IMG/VR virus record: IMGVR_UViG_3300045988_082153
Location: 1-64,000 of that record
From: a virus
Length of the DNA: 64,000 nucleotides
Direction: 5' to 3' (one strand)
In this document: positions 51,651 through 60,801 of the stretch, piece after piece
Layout of the letters: every line of letters starts with the position of its first letter
Numbering within the stretch: position 1 is the first letter of the stretch
Notes under the pieces: model-generated
The model's input: the letters and a program-made list of their open reading frames with translations, nothing else
The model's database searches: none
Told to the model about the DNA's origin: nothing
Translations under genes and position numbers: made by a program

Positions 51651-53138
51651 ATGGAAAGCCGGAACACGACATTAACCACATGTGGGGAGTGCGCAAGTAT
51701 CTCCCCACAGGACAGGAAGGCTGTCAACACATTGGAAGACTTGTTAGGACAGGTAGAAGCACCGACTTCTATCTGTTTTCCTTTATATAACCTCATCCCA
51801 GAAATTATTTCGGACGAAAACATGGAACGCTCGTTCAAGCGTGTCATGTCGAACCTTCATAACGCAGACACGCGAAGCGGAATAAAATGGAGGGAGACGG
51901 TTGTTATAGATGGTGTGGAATGTACTCCACGCATGGTGCGCTATATGAGACGCAAGAAAGAAATTATTGCCGAGTTGAAAGAACAAATAGGTAATGGAAC
52001 TTTCCGCGTTGTTCGTTTATCCTCGTTTGAAGTGGACGATGGTCCGAAGAAAAGAATGGTTCAAGCACCTCCTGTTGTGAAACGTATAGGCTGCAATGCC
52101 ATCATGGAGATTGTGGAAAAACACCTTTCGCCATTGCTAATTGAAAACACGGCAGCTTCGATAGAAGGACGCGGCCCACACGGACTATTCCACAAGATGC
52201 AGGAAGTGAGAGCCGAGAACCCCGACCTTATATATTATTATCAAAGCGACTATAAAGGTTATTATGACCACATATTGCACGACAAGATGATTGACATCAT
52301 CAAGCAGTATATAGCCGACCCGATATTACTCCCCATACTAATAGACTTCGTTAAAGTATTGCACCCGGATGGCAACGTAGGCATCAGCAAGGGACTACGC
52401 TCCTCGCAGTTCTTCGGCAACCTGTACCACAATGACATTGACCATGCCATGATAGAGGAGTGTGGAAAGGATAACTACAACCGCTTTTGTGACGACATAT
52501 ACATATATGGAGACAACAAAAAAGAGTTGTGGAAACACAGGGACACACTGCATAGGCTAAGTAAACCCTACAATCTGATAATCAAGCCGAGCGAGAAGGT
52601 TGCTCCAGTGAGTGCAGGAATGGATGCACTGGGTTATATTGATTATGGTGACCACTCACGAATACGCAAGCGCACAAAGGTGAACGCTGCGAGGAAACTC
52701 GCCAAGATAAAGTCGAGAAAGCGAAGGCAACAAATTATAGGCTCGTTCAAAGGAATGGCATGTCATGCGGACTGCCAGCATTTATATTATATATTAACAG
52801 GTAAAAACATGAAGAAATTTTCAGAAATGGGCGTGACCTATAAGCCAGCAGACGGAAAGAAACGTTTTCCCGGTAAGGTGACACGCTTGGGTGACATCGT
52901 GAAAATCCCGGTAGAAATTCACGACTACGAGACACTGGACACGAAGTTTGGCGAAGACCGCTACTTAGTGTCGTTCAAGAACCCTGCGACACAGGAATGG
53001 GGCAAGTTCTTCACCGCTTCGGACGAGATGAAAGGCATCCTTGACCAGATAAGCGACATCGAGGATGGCTTTCCGTTTGAGACCGTCATCAAGTGCGAAC
53101 AGTTTGACGGCAGCAAGCGAAAGTATAACTTCACCTAA
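51651..53138 (+). CDS. DGR-type reverse transcriptase with C-terminal extension
   Basis: LYNLIPEIISDENMERSFKRV N-terminal motif. AASIEGRGPHG. SDYKGYYDHILHDKM. DGR hallmark GLRSSQFFGNLY (SQ motif). Catalytic FCDDIYIYG (YxDD-type). LGYIDY thumb. About 109 extra C-terminal residues. Confidence 0.9.
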   Translation: MESRNTTLTTCGECASISPQDRKAVNTLEDLLGQVEAPTSICFPLYNLIPEIISDENMERSFKRVMSNLHNADTRSGIKWRETVVIDGVECTPRMVRYMRRKKEIIAELKEQIGNGTFRVVRLSSFEVDDGPKKRMVQAPPVVKRIGCNAIMEIVEKHLSPLLIENTAASIEGRGPHGLFHKMQEVRAENPDLIYYYQSDYKGYYDHILHDKMIDIIKQYIADPILLPILIDFVKVLHPDGNVGISKGLRSSQFFGNLYHNDIDHAMIEECGKDNYNRFCDDIYIYGDNKKELWKHRDTLHRLSKPYNLIIKPSEKVAPVSAGMDALGYIDYGDHSRIRKRTKVNAARKLAKIKSRKRRQQIIGSFKGMACHADCQHLYYILTGKNMKKFSEMGVTYKPADGKKRFPGKVTRLGDIVKIPVEIHDYETLDTKFGEDRYLVSFKNPATQEWGKFFTASDEMKGILDQISDIEDGFPFETVIKCEQFDGSKRKYNFT

Positions 53139-53181
53139 AGCGACTCACTAAAGATAAAAGCGTGAATTGGGCTGCATACTA

Positions 53182-53189
53182 TATCTTTG
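53182..53189 (+). promoter_or_regulatory. TAnnTTTG promoter element
   Basis: TATCTTTG lies 22 nt upstream of ATG 53212. Confidence 0.35.
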
Positions 53190-53211
53190 CCTCAACAAAA
53201 TCATAGCGACA

Positions 53212-53682
53212 ATGGAAAAGATATACGGCACAACCAAACGTCAGGACGGACTGCAACGAGTAGGCAAGAATAAATGGCTGCTCTATTTCGGTCTGTATGA
53301 AACAGAGAGCGGTACATACGAATACCGCCATACGTTCACGCACAAGCCCACGCTTGACGAGATAAAGAAACTTGTTTGGGCTACGATAGACGCAGAGACC
53401 AAAGACAAGATTGTTAATCAGTTTGAGTATGAGGGCATCAAGGTTTGGCTCACAGACGAGAAGCAGCGTAACTTTGCCTCTATTGAGAACAACGAAAGTG
53501 TTACATTCCCACTTACGTTGAAGCTCAACGAGAAAGCCGACGCTACACCAATCTATCATACCTTCCAGACGCGAGACGAGTTCAAGAAGTTCAGCGAGGC
53601 CGCTGCATGTTTCATTCTTGAAACCATCAGGAACGGATGGAAGGAGAAGGACAATGTAGATTGGGACGTGTTTGACATGTAA
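53212..53682 (+). CDS. hypothetical protein (possibly DUF4376-like)
   Basis: 156 aa. KIVNQFEYEGIKVWLTDEKQRNFASIEN is loosely reminiscent of DUF4376 tail-fibre-associated domains. Has its own promoter and terminator. Confidence 0.4.
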   Translation: MEKIYGTTKRQDGLQRVGKNKWLLYFGLYETESGTYEYRHTFTHKPTLDEIKKLVWATIDAETKDKIVNQFEYEGIKVWLTDEKQRNFASIENNESVTFPLTLKLNEKADATPIYHTFQTRDEFKKFSEAAACFILETIRNGWKEKDNVDWDVFDM

Positions 53683-53707
53683 TCACAACATTATCAATAA
53701 GAGGAAC

Positions 53708-53733
53708 AGGAGAAATCTTGCTCCTCTTTTTTT
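53708..53733 (+). terminator. Rho-independent terminator
   Basis: AGGAG-AAATCTTG-CTCCT followed by CTTTTTTT. Confidence 0.55.
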
Positions 53734-53773
53734 GTGCTACAATAGTTAAAACGACGCTCACCGGTTAAGTCGC

Positions 53774-53781
53774 TAAATTTG
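53774..53781 (+). promoter_or_regulatory. TAnnTTTG promoter element of the lysis cassette
   Basis: TAAATTTG lies 19 nt upstream of ATG 53801. Confidence 0.4.
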
Positions 53782-53800
53782 CCAAGAACATAAAATCATA

Positions 53801-54049
53801 ATGGCAATGAAAAAGATTATTACATGGTTAAAATCCAGCAACCGCGGCAGACATATCGTAGGCGGCGTTCTCATCGGCTTGGGAGCTGATGATACCTACT
53901 GTGCGCTGTATGCCGGAGCTGGTGTAGCTGGAGCCTTGGAACTTAAAGACAAGTTGTATGGCGGCAAATGGGATTGGGTTGACTTCGGTTGTACGATGGC
54001 CGGAGTAGTTGTAGGACGCTTGATAAGAGTAACACTGACAGGGAAATGA
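53801..54049 (+). CDS. small membrane protein, holin candidate
   Basis: 82 aa with two or three hydrophobic segments (HIVGGVLIGLGA; ALYAGAGVAGAL; CTMAGVVVG). First gene of the lysis cassette. Confidence 0.45.
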   Translation: MAMKKIITWLKSSNRGRHIVGGVLIGLGADDTYCALYAGAGVAGALELKDKLYGGKWDWVDFGCTMAGVVVGRLIRVTLTGK

Positions 54050-54651
54050 ACGATGTAAGTCAAATTACGCAGGTGGCTAAAGGTATTAGCGACTATGGCA
54101 TGATGGCAATAACTGCAGCCTTTTTCCTTCTCCTTTCCGCAGCTATGATGGTGGCCCTCTTCCGTTGGTTCAAGAGCATCATCGAACAGATGATGCAAGA
54201 CCAGAAGGACAGTATGCACAACCTTGCCGAAGAGACACGTAAGCAGAACGACATGCTGCAAGACATATCAGAGGGGCTTCGCCCGGAGACATTGTTACGC
54301 ATCCGCAACCTTACAGGTTTTGCTTTCGACCTCAGCATTGAGCAGGTGTGCAGGCTTATCAAGCGTGTAAGAGAAGAGAACCACATCATAGACCACGAAG
54401 CGACAGCAGCGAAGATACGCAAGTCGTTGCTCGTTATACACAACGACCGCAACTCGCGCTTCGACTCTTTCACATATCGAGGTAAATCCATTTCAGAGTT
54501 TTGCAGTTCGGCATGGGTGGAGGACGTGGCGAAGATTGTTGAAGGTGAGATTTATAATGAAGATGGCGCAAACAATGCTCGTGCTTATACTAACATTAAA
54601 CTTGCGTATGATAATATCAAGACAGACTTTTACCAAAGGTTGAACGCATAA
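54046..54651 (+). CDS. membrane-anchored lysis-cassette protein (hypothetical)
   Basis: ATGA overlap with the holin candidate. One N-terminal TM segment (MMAITAAFFLLLSAAMMVALF). Confidence 0.45.
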   Translation: MNDVSQITQVAKGISDYGMMAITAAFFLLLSAAMMVALFRWFKSIIEQMMQDQKDSMHNLAEETRKQNDMLQDISEGLRPETLLRIRNLTGFAFDLSIEQVCRLIKRVREENHIIDHEATAAKIRKSLLVIHNDRNSRFDSFTYRGKSISEFCSSAWVEDVAKIVEGEIYNEDGANNARAYTNIKLAYDNIKTDFYQRLNA

Positions 54652-54712
54652 ATACAACTTTTGCGTAAAATTATATACAGATTTCTACAACTTTCTAAGC
54701 AAATTATATATT

Positions 54713-55309
54713 ATGATTAAAATTCTAATCGACAATGGGCATGGAGTGAACACTAAAGGCAAGCAATCGCCTGATGGTCGTTTGCGTGAATATGCCTATG
54801 CAAGAGAGATTGCAACCCGAGTTATGACCGAGCTTCGCGGCATGGGCTACAATGCAGAGCGTGTTGTGGAAGAGGAGCAGGACGTTGCACTGTCTGTACG
54901 CTGCAAGCGTGTGAACGACATCTGCAAGAAAGTAGGCACCAAGAACGTACTGCTTGTCTCGATCCACAACAATGCAGCAGGAGGCGACGGCAAATGGCAT
55001 GAGGCGCGAGGCTTTTCTGCCCATGTAGGCATGAACGCATCCGCAAAGAGCAAGGCTTTGGCGCAGTATCTTTGGAACGAAGCAATACTTCAAGGACTGA
55101 AAGGCAACCGTTGTGTGCCCTATGCCAAGTACATCGCCCAGAACCTTGCTATCTGTAGAGACACGAACTGCCCTGCAGTGTTGACGGAGAACCTTTTCCA
55201 AGACAACAAAGAAGACGTTGACCTGCTGTTGAGTGAGGAAGGCAAGGAGAAGGTGACAGCCGTGCATGTGAACGCTATTGTTGAATTTATCAAAGACTAT
55301 TATGGATAA
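54713..55309 (+). CDS. N-acetylmuramoyl-L-alanine amidase (Amidase_3) endolysin
   Basis: ILIDNGHGVNTKGKQSP...E...REIA...L...GYNAERV...R...VLLVSIHNNAAGG...G matches the MurNAc-LAA pattern. Confidence 0.85.
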   Translation: MIKILIDNGHGVNTKGKQSPDGRLREYAYAREIATRVMTELRGMGYNAERVVEEEQDVALSVRCKRVNDICKKVGTKNVLLVSIHNNAAGGDGKWHEARGFSAHVGMNASAKSKALAQYLWNEAILQGLKGNRCVPYAKYIAQNLAICRDTNCPAVLTENLFQDNKEDVDLLLSEEGKEKVTAVHVNAIVEFIKDYYG

Positions 55310-55847
55310 GAAGATTTTAGGCTTTTTGTGGGCAATGTTAGGTGTGGTTGTTGGCATCGTCTGTCTGGTTGGCATCGTGCATTGCGGAGGCTACGGCAAA
55401 GATCATGAACCTGCAGAAGTGGTGCGTGACACTGTGATTGACACCATACCTTACTATAAGCCAGTACCCAAGGACAGTTTGGTGTTGACGTACAAGACCG
55501 TGACCCTTCCCAAGAGTGACAAGGCGCAGCCATCTATCCGTGCGGACACACAACCGGCAGAAAGCTGTACACAAAACGATGCGGCAGATGTGCGTGACAG
55601 TGCGGAGGTTACTATCCCCATCATCCAAAAGATGTATAAAAGCAGTGACTATACGGCATGGGTGAGCGGATATGACGTGCAGCTTGACAGCATCTATGTA
55701 TATCCCAAGCATGAGTATGTAACGCGCAAGATTAAGCAGCCTCCTAAGAAATGGCATATCGGTGTGACGGCAGGTTACGGCTTCGGCAAACAAGGTATGC
55801 AGCCATATATAGGCATCGGACTAACGTATTCACTAATCTCATTCTGA
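55302..55847 (+). CDS. membrane-anchored protein (spanin-like position)
   Basis: The ATG overlaps the amidase stop (ATGGATAA). N-terminal TM ILGFLWAMLGVVVGIVCLVGIV. C-terminal GVTAGYGFGKQGMQPYIGIGLTYSL. Confidence 0.45.
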   Translation: MDKKILGFLWAMLGVVVGIVCLVGIVHCGGYGKDHEPAEVVRDTVIDTIPYYKPVPKDSLVLTYKTVTLPKSDKAQPSIRADTQPAESCTQNDAADVRDSAEVTIPIIQKMYKSSDYTAWVSGYDVQLDSIYVYPKHEYVTRKIKQPPKKWHIGVTAGYGFGKQGMQPYIGIGLTYSLISF

Positions 55848-55848
55848 C

Positions 55849-56391
55849 ATGGAGACAATCACCGTACAGATATTCAAGGACGACGTGTATGAAGAGGTGG
55901 CAAAGGCTACCGACTACACAGGCGCGAAGCTGATAGACGGCGACGATGGAGCGCGAGACCGCATCCTCGCCACGGACAGCGACCTTTCAGACCTCGGCAG
56001 GTTTTGGGAGGAGTCGATGCTTGCCACCAATGAGAGGCTGAAAGAGATGATCGTGAGTGGAGCTACGAAGCAGATACTTGTAACGATAACTCCTATTCCA
56101 CCCATACAACAACCTAAAGATGTGGAGGCACAGAGCATCGTTGTTCCGTCACTTGCGACGAGGACAGGCTACGAAGCTGTGCTGGAGGTGAGCAAGTCGT
56201 TTGACAAAGGGATGAAGGACAATGTACAGTCGGCCCTTCGCAACTTCTTCATTGCCTCAATCATCGCCCAGTGGTTCAAGCTGGCCAACAAGGGCGAAGC
56301 CGCTGACTACTTCAATCAAGCCGGAGAAATGATGGACGGTGCGGAGCGTTTGCTATACAGCCGCAAGAGACCGACCCGTCCGAGTGACTAA
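55849..56391 (+). CDS. paralog 1 of a tandem three-gene family (virion/neck candidate)
   Basis: The C-terminal 55 aa align gaplessly with paralog 2 (19/55 identities by hand). Ends RKRPTRPSD. Confidence 0.5.
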   Translation: METITVQIFKDDVYEEVAKATDYTGAKLIDGDDGARDRILATDSDLSDLGRFWEESMLATNERLKEMIVSGATKQILVTITPIPPIQQPKDVEAQSIVVPSLATRTGYEAVLEVSKSFDKGMKDNVQSALRNFFIASIIAQWFKLANKGEAADYFNQAGEMMDGAERLLYSRKRPTRPSD

Positions 56392-56410
56392 CAAATAATA
56401 TTTTATTGAC

Positions 56411-56926
56411 ATGGAAGGACAAGAAAAGACATTAGGTGCCAAGAAGAGCGTGACGGCAACCATCAAAATTTCGTGGCTTCTCTTCGACATCATGAACGAG
56501 ACCTTCTTGCGTGGCCGTACTATCCAGAACAAGGACAACCACAAGGAGGTGGCGAGCATGTTTGCCTCTGAGGACGAAGAAAACCGCGAGAAGATACTTC
56601 GCTCTATCAAGAAAGGCTTTGCCGAGGTGAAGACAGAACTGTCGGACTACCTCAACGAGGACGGCACAACCACAGACAACAGCCACTATGACGGCAGCAC
56701 AGACCTGACGCTTAACCTCACAATGCCGAGCAACTTCAACGAGGCTGCAACCACCGGTGTAGGCGAGGCTATCCACGACTACCTGAAGAACTCTGCCATC
56801 GCCGAGTGGTACATGGTGACAAACAAGGCAGACGCTGAACAGTACATCGCCCTTGCACAGAGAAGTTTGCTGAGCATCCAACAGGCAGTGAGCAAGCGTA
56901 GCCGCCCGAAGCGTCCAACAGACTAA
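56411..56926 (+). CDS. paralog 2 of the tandem family
   Basis: AIHDYLKNSAIAEWYMVTNKADAEQY...RSRPKRPTD. Confidence 0.5.
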   Translation: MEGQEKTLGAKKSVTATIKISWLLFDIMNETFLRGRTIQNKDNHKEVASMFASEDEENREKILRSIKKGFAEVKTELSDYLNEDGTTTDNSHYDGSTDLTLNLTMPSNFNEAATTGVGEAIHDYLKNSAIAEWYMVTNKADAEQYIALAQRSLLSIQQAVSKRSRPKRPTD

Positions 56927-56938
56927 GGAGGAACGCTT

Positions 56939-57466
56939 ATGAGCTGCTGCATAGAGAATGAGGGAGCGAAGCTAAAGGTAAAGCTTACCTTCGAGCGAGA
57001 ACAGCTGCTCTATGACATCAAGAACAATGCCTATGTGGAGAGCCATGTAATGGCCCCGGAAACCGAGCACGCCAAGCACATGGTGGCTGACGTTGGCGAG
57101 GAGGGCAATGTGGACCGGGTGACAAGAGTGCTGGATTTGGGTATCTCCATGTGCCGGGAAATACTTTACCCTTGGTCAAAGAAGGAAATCGTCAAACTCT
57201 GTCTTGACGACAAGCTAAAGGAGAGGGAGCAATATCATATAAACATGAGTGTGCCCAACACTATTTCGCAAACCACGCTGACCTATGTGGAAAGGCTGAT
57301 ACATGAATACCTTGTGTGCCGAGGCGTGGCCGACTGGCTAAGCATAACTAATCCGTCGAAGTCGGAGACGTGGCTTGCCAAGGCTGCTGAGGCAGAGCAA
57401 GAAATACGCACCTCCATCCATTCAAGAATGGAGAGGAAGCGTATCAGGCAACATTGGTTAGGATAA
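56939..57466 (+). CDS. paralog 3 of the tandem family (more divergent)
   Basis: LIHEYLVCRGVADWLSITNPSKSETW shares the IH(D/E)YL...(I/V)A(E/D)W...TN core. Confidence 0.45.
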   Translation: MSCCIENEGAKLKVKLTFEREQLLYDIKNNAYVESHVMAPETEHAKHMVADVGEEGNVDRVTRVLDLGISMCREILYPWSKKEIVKLCLDDKLKEREQYHINMSVPNTISQTTLTYVERLIHEYLVCRGVADWLSITNPSKSETWLAKAAEAEQEIRTSIHSRMERKRIRQHWLG

Positions 57467-57470
57467 TAAA

Positions 57471-57509
57471 GACAAGAGCCGAGGTGCATCACGCATCCCG
57501 GCTCTTGTC
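57471..57509. terminator. bidirectional terminator hairpin between convergent genes
   Basis: Perfect 11-bp stem GACAAGAGCCG / CGGCTCTTGTC with a 17-nt loop. Confidence 0.6.
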
Positions 57510-57565
57510 ATAGTTACCTAAAACAATCTAACCTTAATAAATAACTAAACCTAATAATATCTTCT

Positions 57566-60436
57566 TTATCTCGGCTTGTTGGTTTGTCGAGGTGTGAACT
57601 CGACTGACGCGCCGTAGATGTTTTCATCTGGTGAGAGTGTGGCTACACCGGCAATTCGGAAATACTTGTAAGGAGAGCCACGGAAGCCCTGTAGGTAATG
57701 GTCTTTACTTGACCATACAAGGTGCCAGTTCTGCAAGTCGCGCGAACCGTAGAGGGCCGTGGATACGTTCCCTTTGCGGAACAGTCCACGCTGTATGACA
57801 CTGGCGACAGTCTTCAATACGTTTGCCGCTTCAAGCTTGAGAGGGCGTGTGACGTACAGGCATTTGACGGTATCCGTTATTGGGACAGAGAAGTTGAGTA
57901 CAGCATTTTTTGTGTCCATGGCCAGTGCATCCGGATATGAATTGAGGTGTGAGACGATGTTAGAGAACATCATTCCCCATTGATTTGTCTTCAGCGAGAA
58001 CACATAGGCGTATGTGATACCGGGCGCATAGACAATGACGCGCTGATGAACATAGTCGTATAGCATCCGGCACTGCTTCAAAAACTTGGTGAACGATAGC
58101 GTAGGCAAGCACTTGTCTGTTGCAGGTTCATGTCCGAGCATAGTGTGCAGCTTGTCGAACCCGGGAAGCCGGAGCGCATCGAACGGATATTCGGAGTTGA
58201 TGGCTTCGGATATGCACTGTGTCTGCGAGCCGCTGATCAGCATTATGCCGCGGTCGGTTGGGAAGAGAACAGCGGAGTCGAGCTGTGTGATGCCGTCGGG
58301 ATTGATGCACACGTCGCGCGTGATGGGCTGCTTGGCAGAATAGGTGCCAGTAGACGAAACCTCTAACGCCCATACACCCTCAGAGGTGAAGGCATAGAGA
58401 GGAAACTGACCGAACTGTCCTTCAGAAAGAGCCTTTGCTGCAGAACAGATGCCCTTAATCTCTCCCGTGCCAACGGTGTTGATACCAAGTACCGGGAAGT
58501 AGAAGGGGTTGTTGACTTCGGAGGTGTAGATTTTGTTGGGTATGTCTATTTTGCCCTCGTAATCCGTTATTGTCGGTACATTGTTGACATTGTAATTATT
58601 CCAGCGAATACTCTCATAGTCAATCATGGCATACGCCCCATTCAGAAAATCATGTGGACGCAGGTCTATAATCATGGAACCACCGCCAAAGCCAGCTGTA
58701 GATGTATCGTATCCAAATCTGCTGTTTATCACCATTTTCACAGCATTGGGGTTCGGGTAGAACAAATAACAAGCACATGACGTTTTTGTCTTTTCTGTGT
58801 AAAGAACTTCATTCGTGTTGGGGTCTTTATGCTCTCGTACTTTTGACATCCAACACGCATAATTTCCTTCTGTCCGTACCATATATGTTTTGCCACCTTC
58901 TTTTATATAGACACTTATATTCAGAGTATCGTCAAACCAAGAAAGACCGTAAGAAAGTGTTTTGCCGTCTTGCTTATACGTATCCAATGTTTTGTCACAA
59001 TAGGCGAACATTCCGTAAGGTGTGAACCCGGCATAAGGCTCACGTTTTATGCCCGAAAGATTGAGCCTTGAATTATATACTTGCGAGAAAGATGCCACAA
59101 GACGGTCGTGTGTCAGATAATCATCTGTCATTGCCTCACGAGTAACTAAAGACTGGAGGTATTCATTTTCAATAGGAATTTCTGTGCGTGCCGTAGCCTT
59201 AGCATCATCCAATGTAATAGAGTGCAACTTGTAGAAAGAAGAACAATCCTTCAAATTTTCATAGTTCTTGTTGTCCGTAAACTCTGGCAGATGAAAAGAC
59301 TCCGCAGGATTACTCCTGTCTGGTGAAAAATATAGTTTGTATATTTCTTTGTAGTCCCATTCGAGGTAATGGTCTAAGAATGTGTTGTCACCGCTAATTG
59401 GGGCAAGAACTTTATCTTCAGACACAGAAGAAGCAAAAGTTGCAGTACTGCCAAGTGTATAGCCGTCATGGTATAATCTCCCGATAAACTTGCTACTCAA
59501 ATTATCGGTATCAGCCAAGTAGGAAATCTTTCCGTCTTGGTCATAGGTGTAAATCGGTTTAGAAATAAAGACATCAATGGAGGTTATAATATCTTTCCAT
59601 TTGTCCAAATCATAATAATCATCAACTCGCAATACTTTGTAATCCAAGGAACAAGCCATCATCATTATATCACAATTGGCATTAGTAAATCCACCATCGC
59701 CATAAGCATTTGTCCACAGAACGATAGGTGCAGGCGTTGTAGCTGGGTTCATGAGAACAGGCGCAGAATGACAAACCAAAGAGCCATCGAACAAGCGCAG
59801 CGCATAACGAACAAAGAAAGGGAAACAGAAGCGTCCATTATCAATAGTCTGTTCGCGAATGAACTTGTTGAGCTTGGCCATCACTTGCTCAGTTATTCTT
59901 GTCTTGTTGTTATCGGAGAATTCGTTGCGTAAATTTCCCTTGGAGATCTTGTCAAAAGAAATAGTGAAAGTAGATTTACTGCTGTCAGAAAGACTAAACA
60001 AACGAGGATGACCAATAAGGCCGAATGAAACCTGTATGTCTGGTAGGTGATTTCCAAGACTTGTGTATTTGTCGCTCTCCCATAGCAAGTACAATATCTG
60101 CTCGTTACTGAAAGCGAGTAATGTATTACCTACGGCATTGCAATGAGTAAGGCCATAGAATGAACATATACGAGTCGTTGTATTTCCGTCTTTGTTTCGC
60201 CAAGATAACTCATTTTTTCCTGTATTGTATATGATGTAATGCGTGAACGAGGAAGTCTTGTGTATAAACTTGACGACCTCACCATCTTGAAGCTGCATAA
60301 CATCTGATGGCGCGAGGATTGGCTTCAAGGCACCGTCTTCTGGCAGCAGGTTGATGGACACAGCAAGAGAACCGTCGGAACATTCATAGTCGGACGGCAC
60401 AGCGGAGAAGCCACTATATTTTATTTCTTGGTTCAT
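57566..60436 (-). CDS. large virion protein, 956 aa (tail/nozzle candidate, hypothetical)
   Basis: Long ORF on the opposite strand to the rest of the late genes. No family motif recognised. Confidence 0.55.
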   Translation of the reverse strand: MNQEIKYSGFSAVPSDYECSDGSLAVSINLLPEDGALKPILAPSDVMQLQDGEVVKFIHKTSSFTHYIIYNTGKNELSWRNKDGNTTTRICSFYGLTHCNAVGNTLLAFSNEQILYLLWESDKYTSLGNHLPDIQVSFGLIGHPRLFSLSDSSKSTFTISFDKISKGNLRNEFSDNNKTRITEQVMAKLNKFIREQTIDNGRFCFPFFVRYALRLFDGSLVCHSAPVLMNPATTPAPIVLWTNAYGDGGFTNANCDIMMMACSLDYKVLRVDDYYDLDKWKDIITSIDVFISKPIYTYDQDGKISYLADTDNLSSKFIGRLYHDGYTLGSTATFASSVSEDKVLAPISGDNTFLDHYLEWDYKEIYKLYFSPDRSNPAESFHLPEFTDNKNYENLKDCSSFYKLHSITLDDAKATARTEIPIENEYLQSLVTREAMTDDYLTHDRLVASFSQVYNSRLNLSGIKREPYAGFTPYGMFAYCDKTLDTYKQDGKTLSYGLSWFDDTLNISVYIKEGGKTYMVRTEGNYACWMSKVREHKDPNTNEVLYTEKTKTSCACYLFYPNPNAVKMVINSRFGYDTSTAGFGGGSMIIDLRPHDFLNGAYAMIDYESIRWNNYNVNNVPTITDYEGKIDIPNKIYTSEVNNPFYFPVLGINTVGTGEIKGICSAAKALSEGQFGQFPLYAFTSEGVWALEVSSTGTYSAKQPITRDVCINPDGITQLDSAVLFPTDRGIMLISGSQTQCISEAINSEYPFDALRLPGFDKLHTMLGHEPATDKCLPTLSFTKFLKQCRMLYDYVHQRVIVYAPGITYAYVFSLKTNQWGMMFSNIVSHLNSYPDALAMDTKNAVLNFSVPITDTVKCLYVTRPLKLEAANVLKTVASVIQRGLFRKGNVSTALYGSRDLQNWHLVWSSKDHYLQGFRGSPYKYFRIAGVATLSPDENIYGASVEFTPRQTNKPR

Positions 60437-60801
60437 AACGGATGCTTAAATATTATTGGTAAAACTGTTTCGCCGTCGCGTTTCTCTGCTTGGCCTATCA
60501 TGAATGAGGCACGCTGCTCTTTTATGCCGCAGTTGTCGAGCATGAGTCGTGCGAGGAGGACGGAAGATGCACAGTAGTTCTTGGAACCTTTCTTTGTCGG
60601 GTGACACTGTGCGACATGCCGTCCTATCGCATTTTGGTGCCGGACAGCAAGCAGGTAGCACTCGCCAAGGTGGAAGGCTACGTTGATACTGTCGCCCGGC
60701 TGGAGCGAGAGTAACCACACGACTCTTGCCGTAATGGAAATGCGGCCATTACGGGAAAATGTTATGTCGGGGCGGCGTGTTCGTTCCAAGAGTTTAATCA
60801 T
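60433..60801 (-). CDS. hypothetical protein with AbrB/SpoVT-like N-terminal segment
   Basis: ITFSRNGRISITARVVWLLSLQPGDSINV resembles a swapped-hairpin DNA-binding motif. The minus-strand TATCTTTG (reverse complement of 60806-60813) lies 4 nt upstream of its ATG. Confidence 0.4.
   Translation of the reverse strand: MIKLLERTRRPDITFSRNGRISITARVVWLLSLQPGDSINVAFHLGECYLLAVRHQNAIGRHVAQCHPTKKGSKNYCASSVLLARLMLDNCGIKEQRASFMIGQAEKRDGETVLPIIFKHPL

Larger units (their letters stand above)
50483..53138 (+). mobile_element. Diversity-generating retroelement cassette: VR - higB/higA-like pair - TR - reverse transcriptase
   Basis: See the VR, TR and RT features. No Avd-like ORF was recognised. Confidence 0.9.

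Noticed and set aside
53212-53682. Considered as the missing DGR accessory protein Avd (the 50786-51407 pair was considered too)
   Set aside because: The 156-aa protein looks mixed or beta-rich rather than a basic four-helix bundle, and has its own promoter and terminator. The two ORFs between VR and TR match RelE/Gp49 toxin and XRE-HTH antitoxin patterns instead. An HMM search would be needed to exclude Avd formally.
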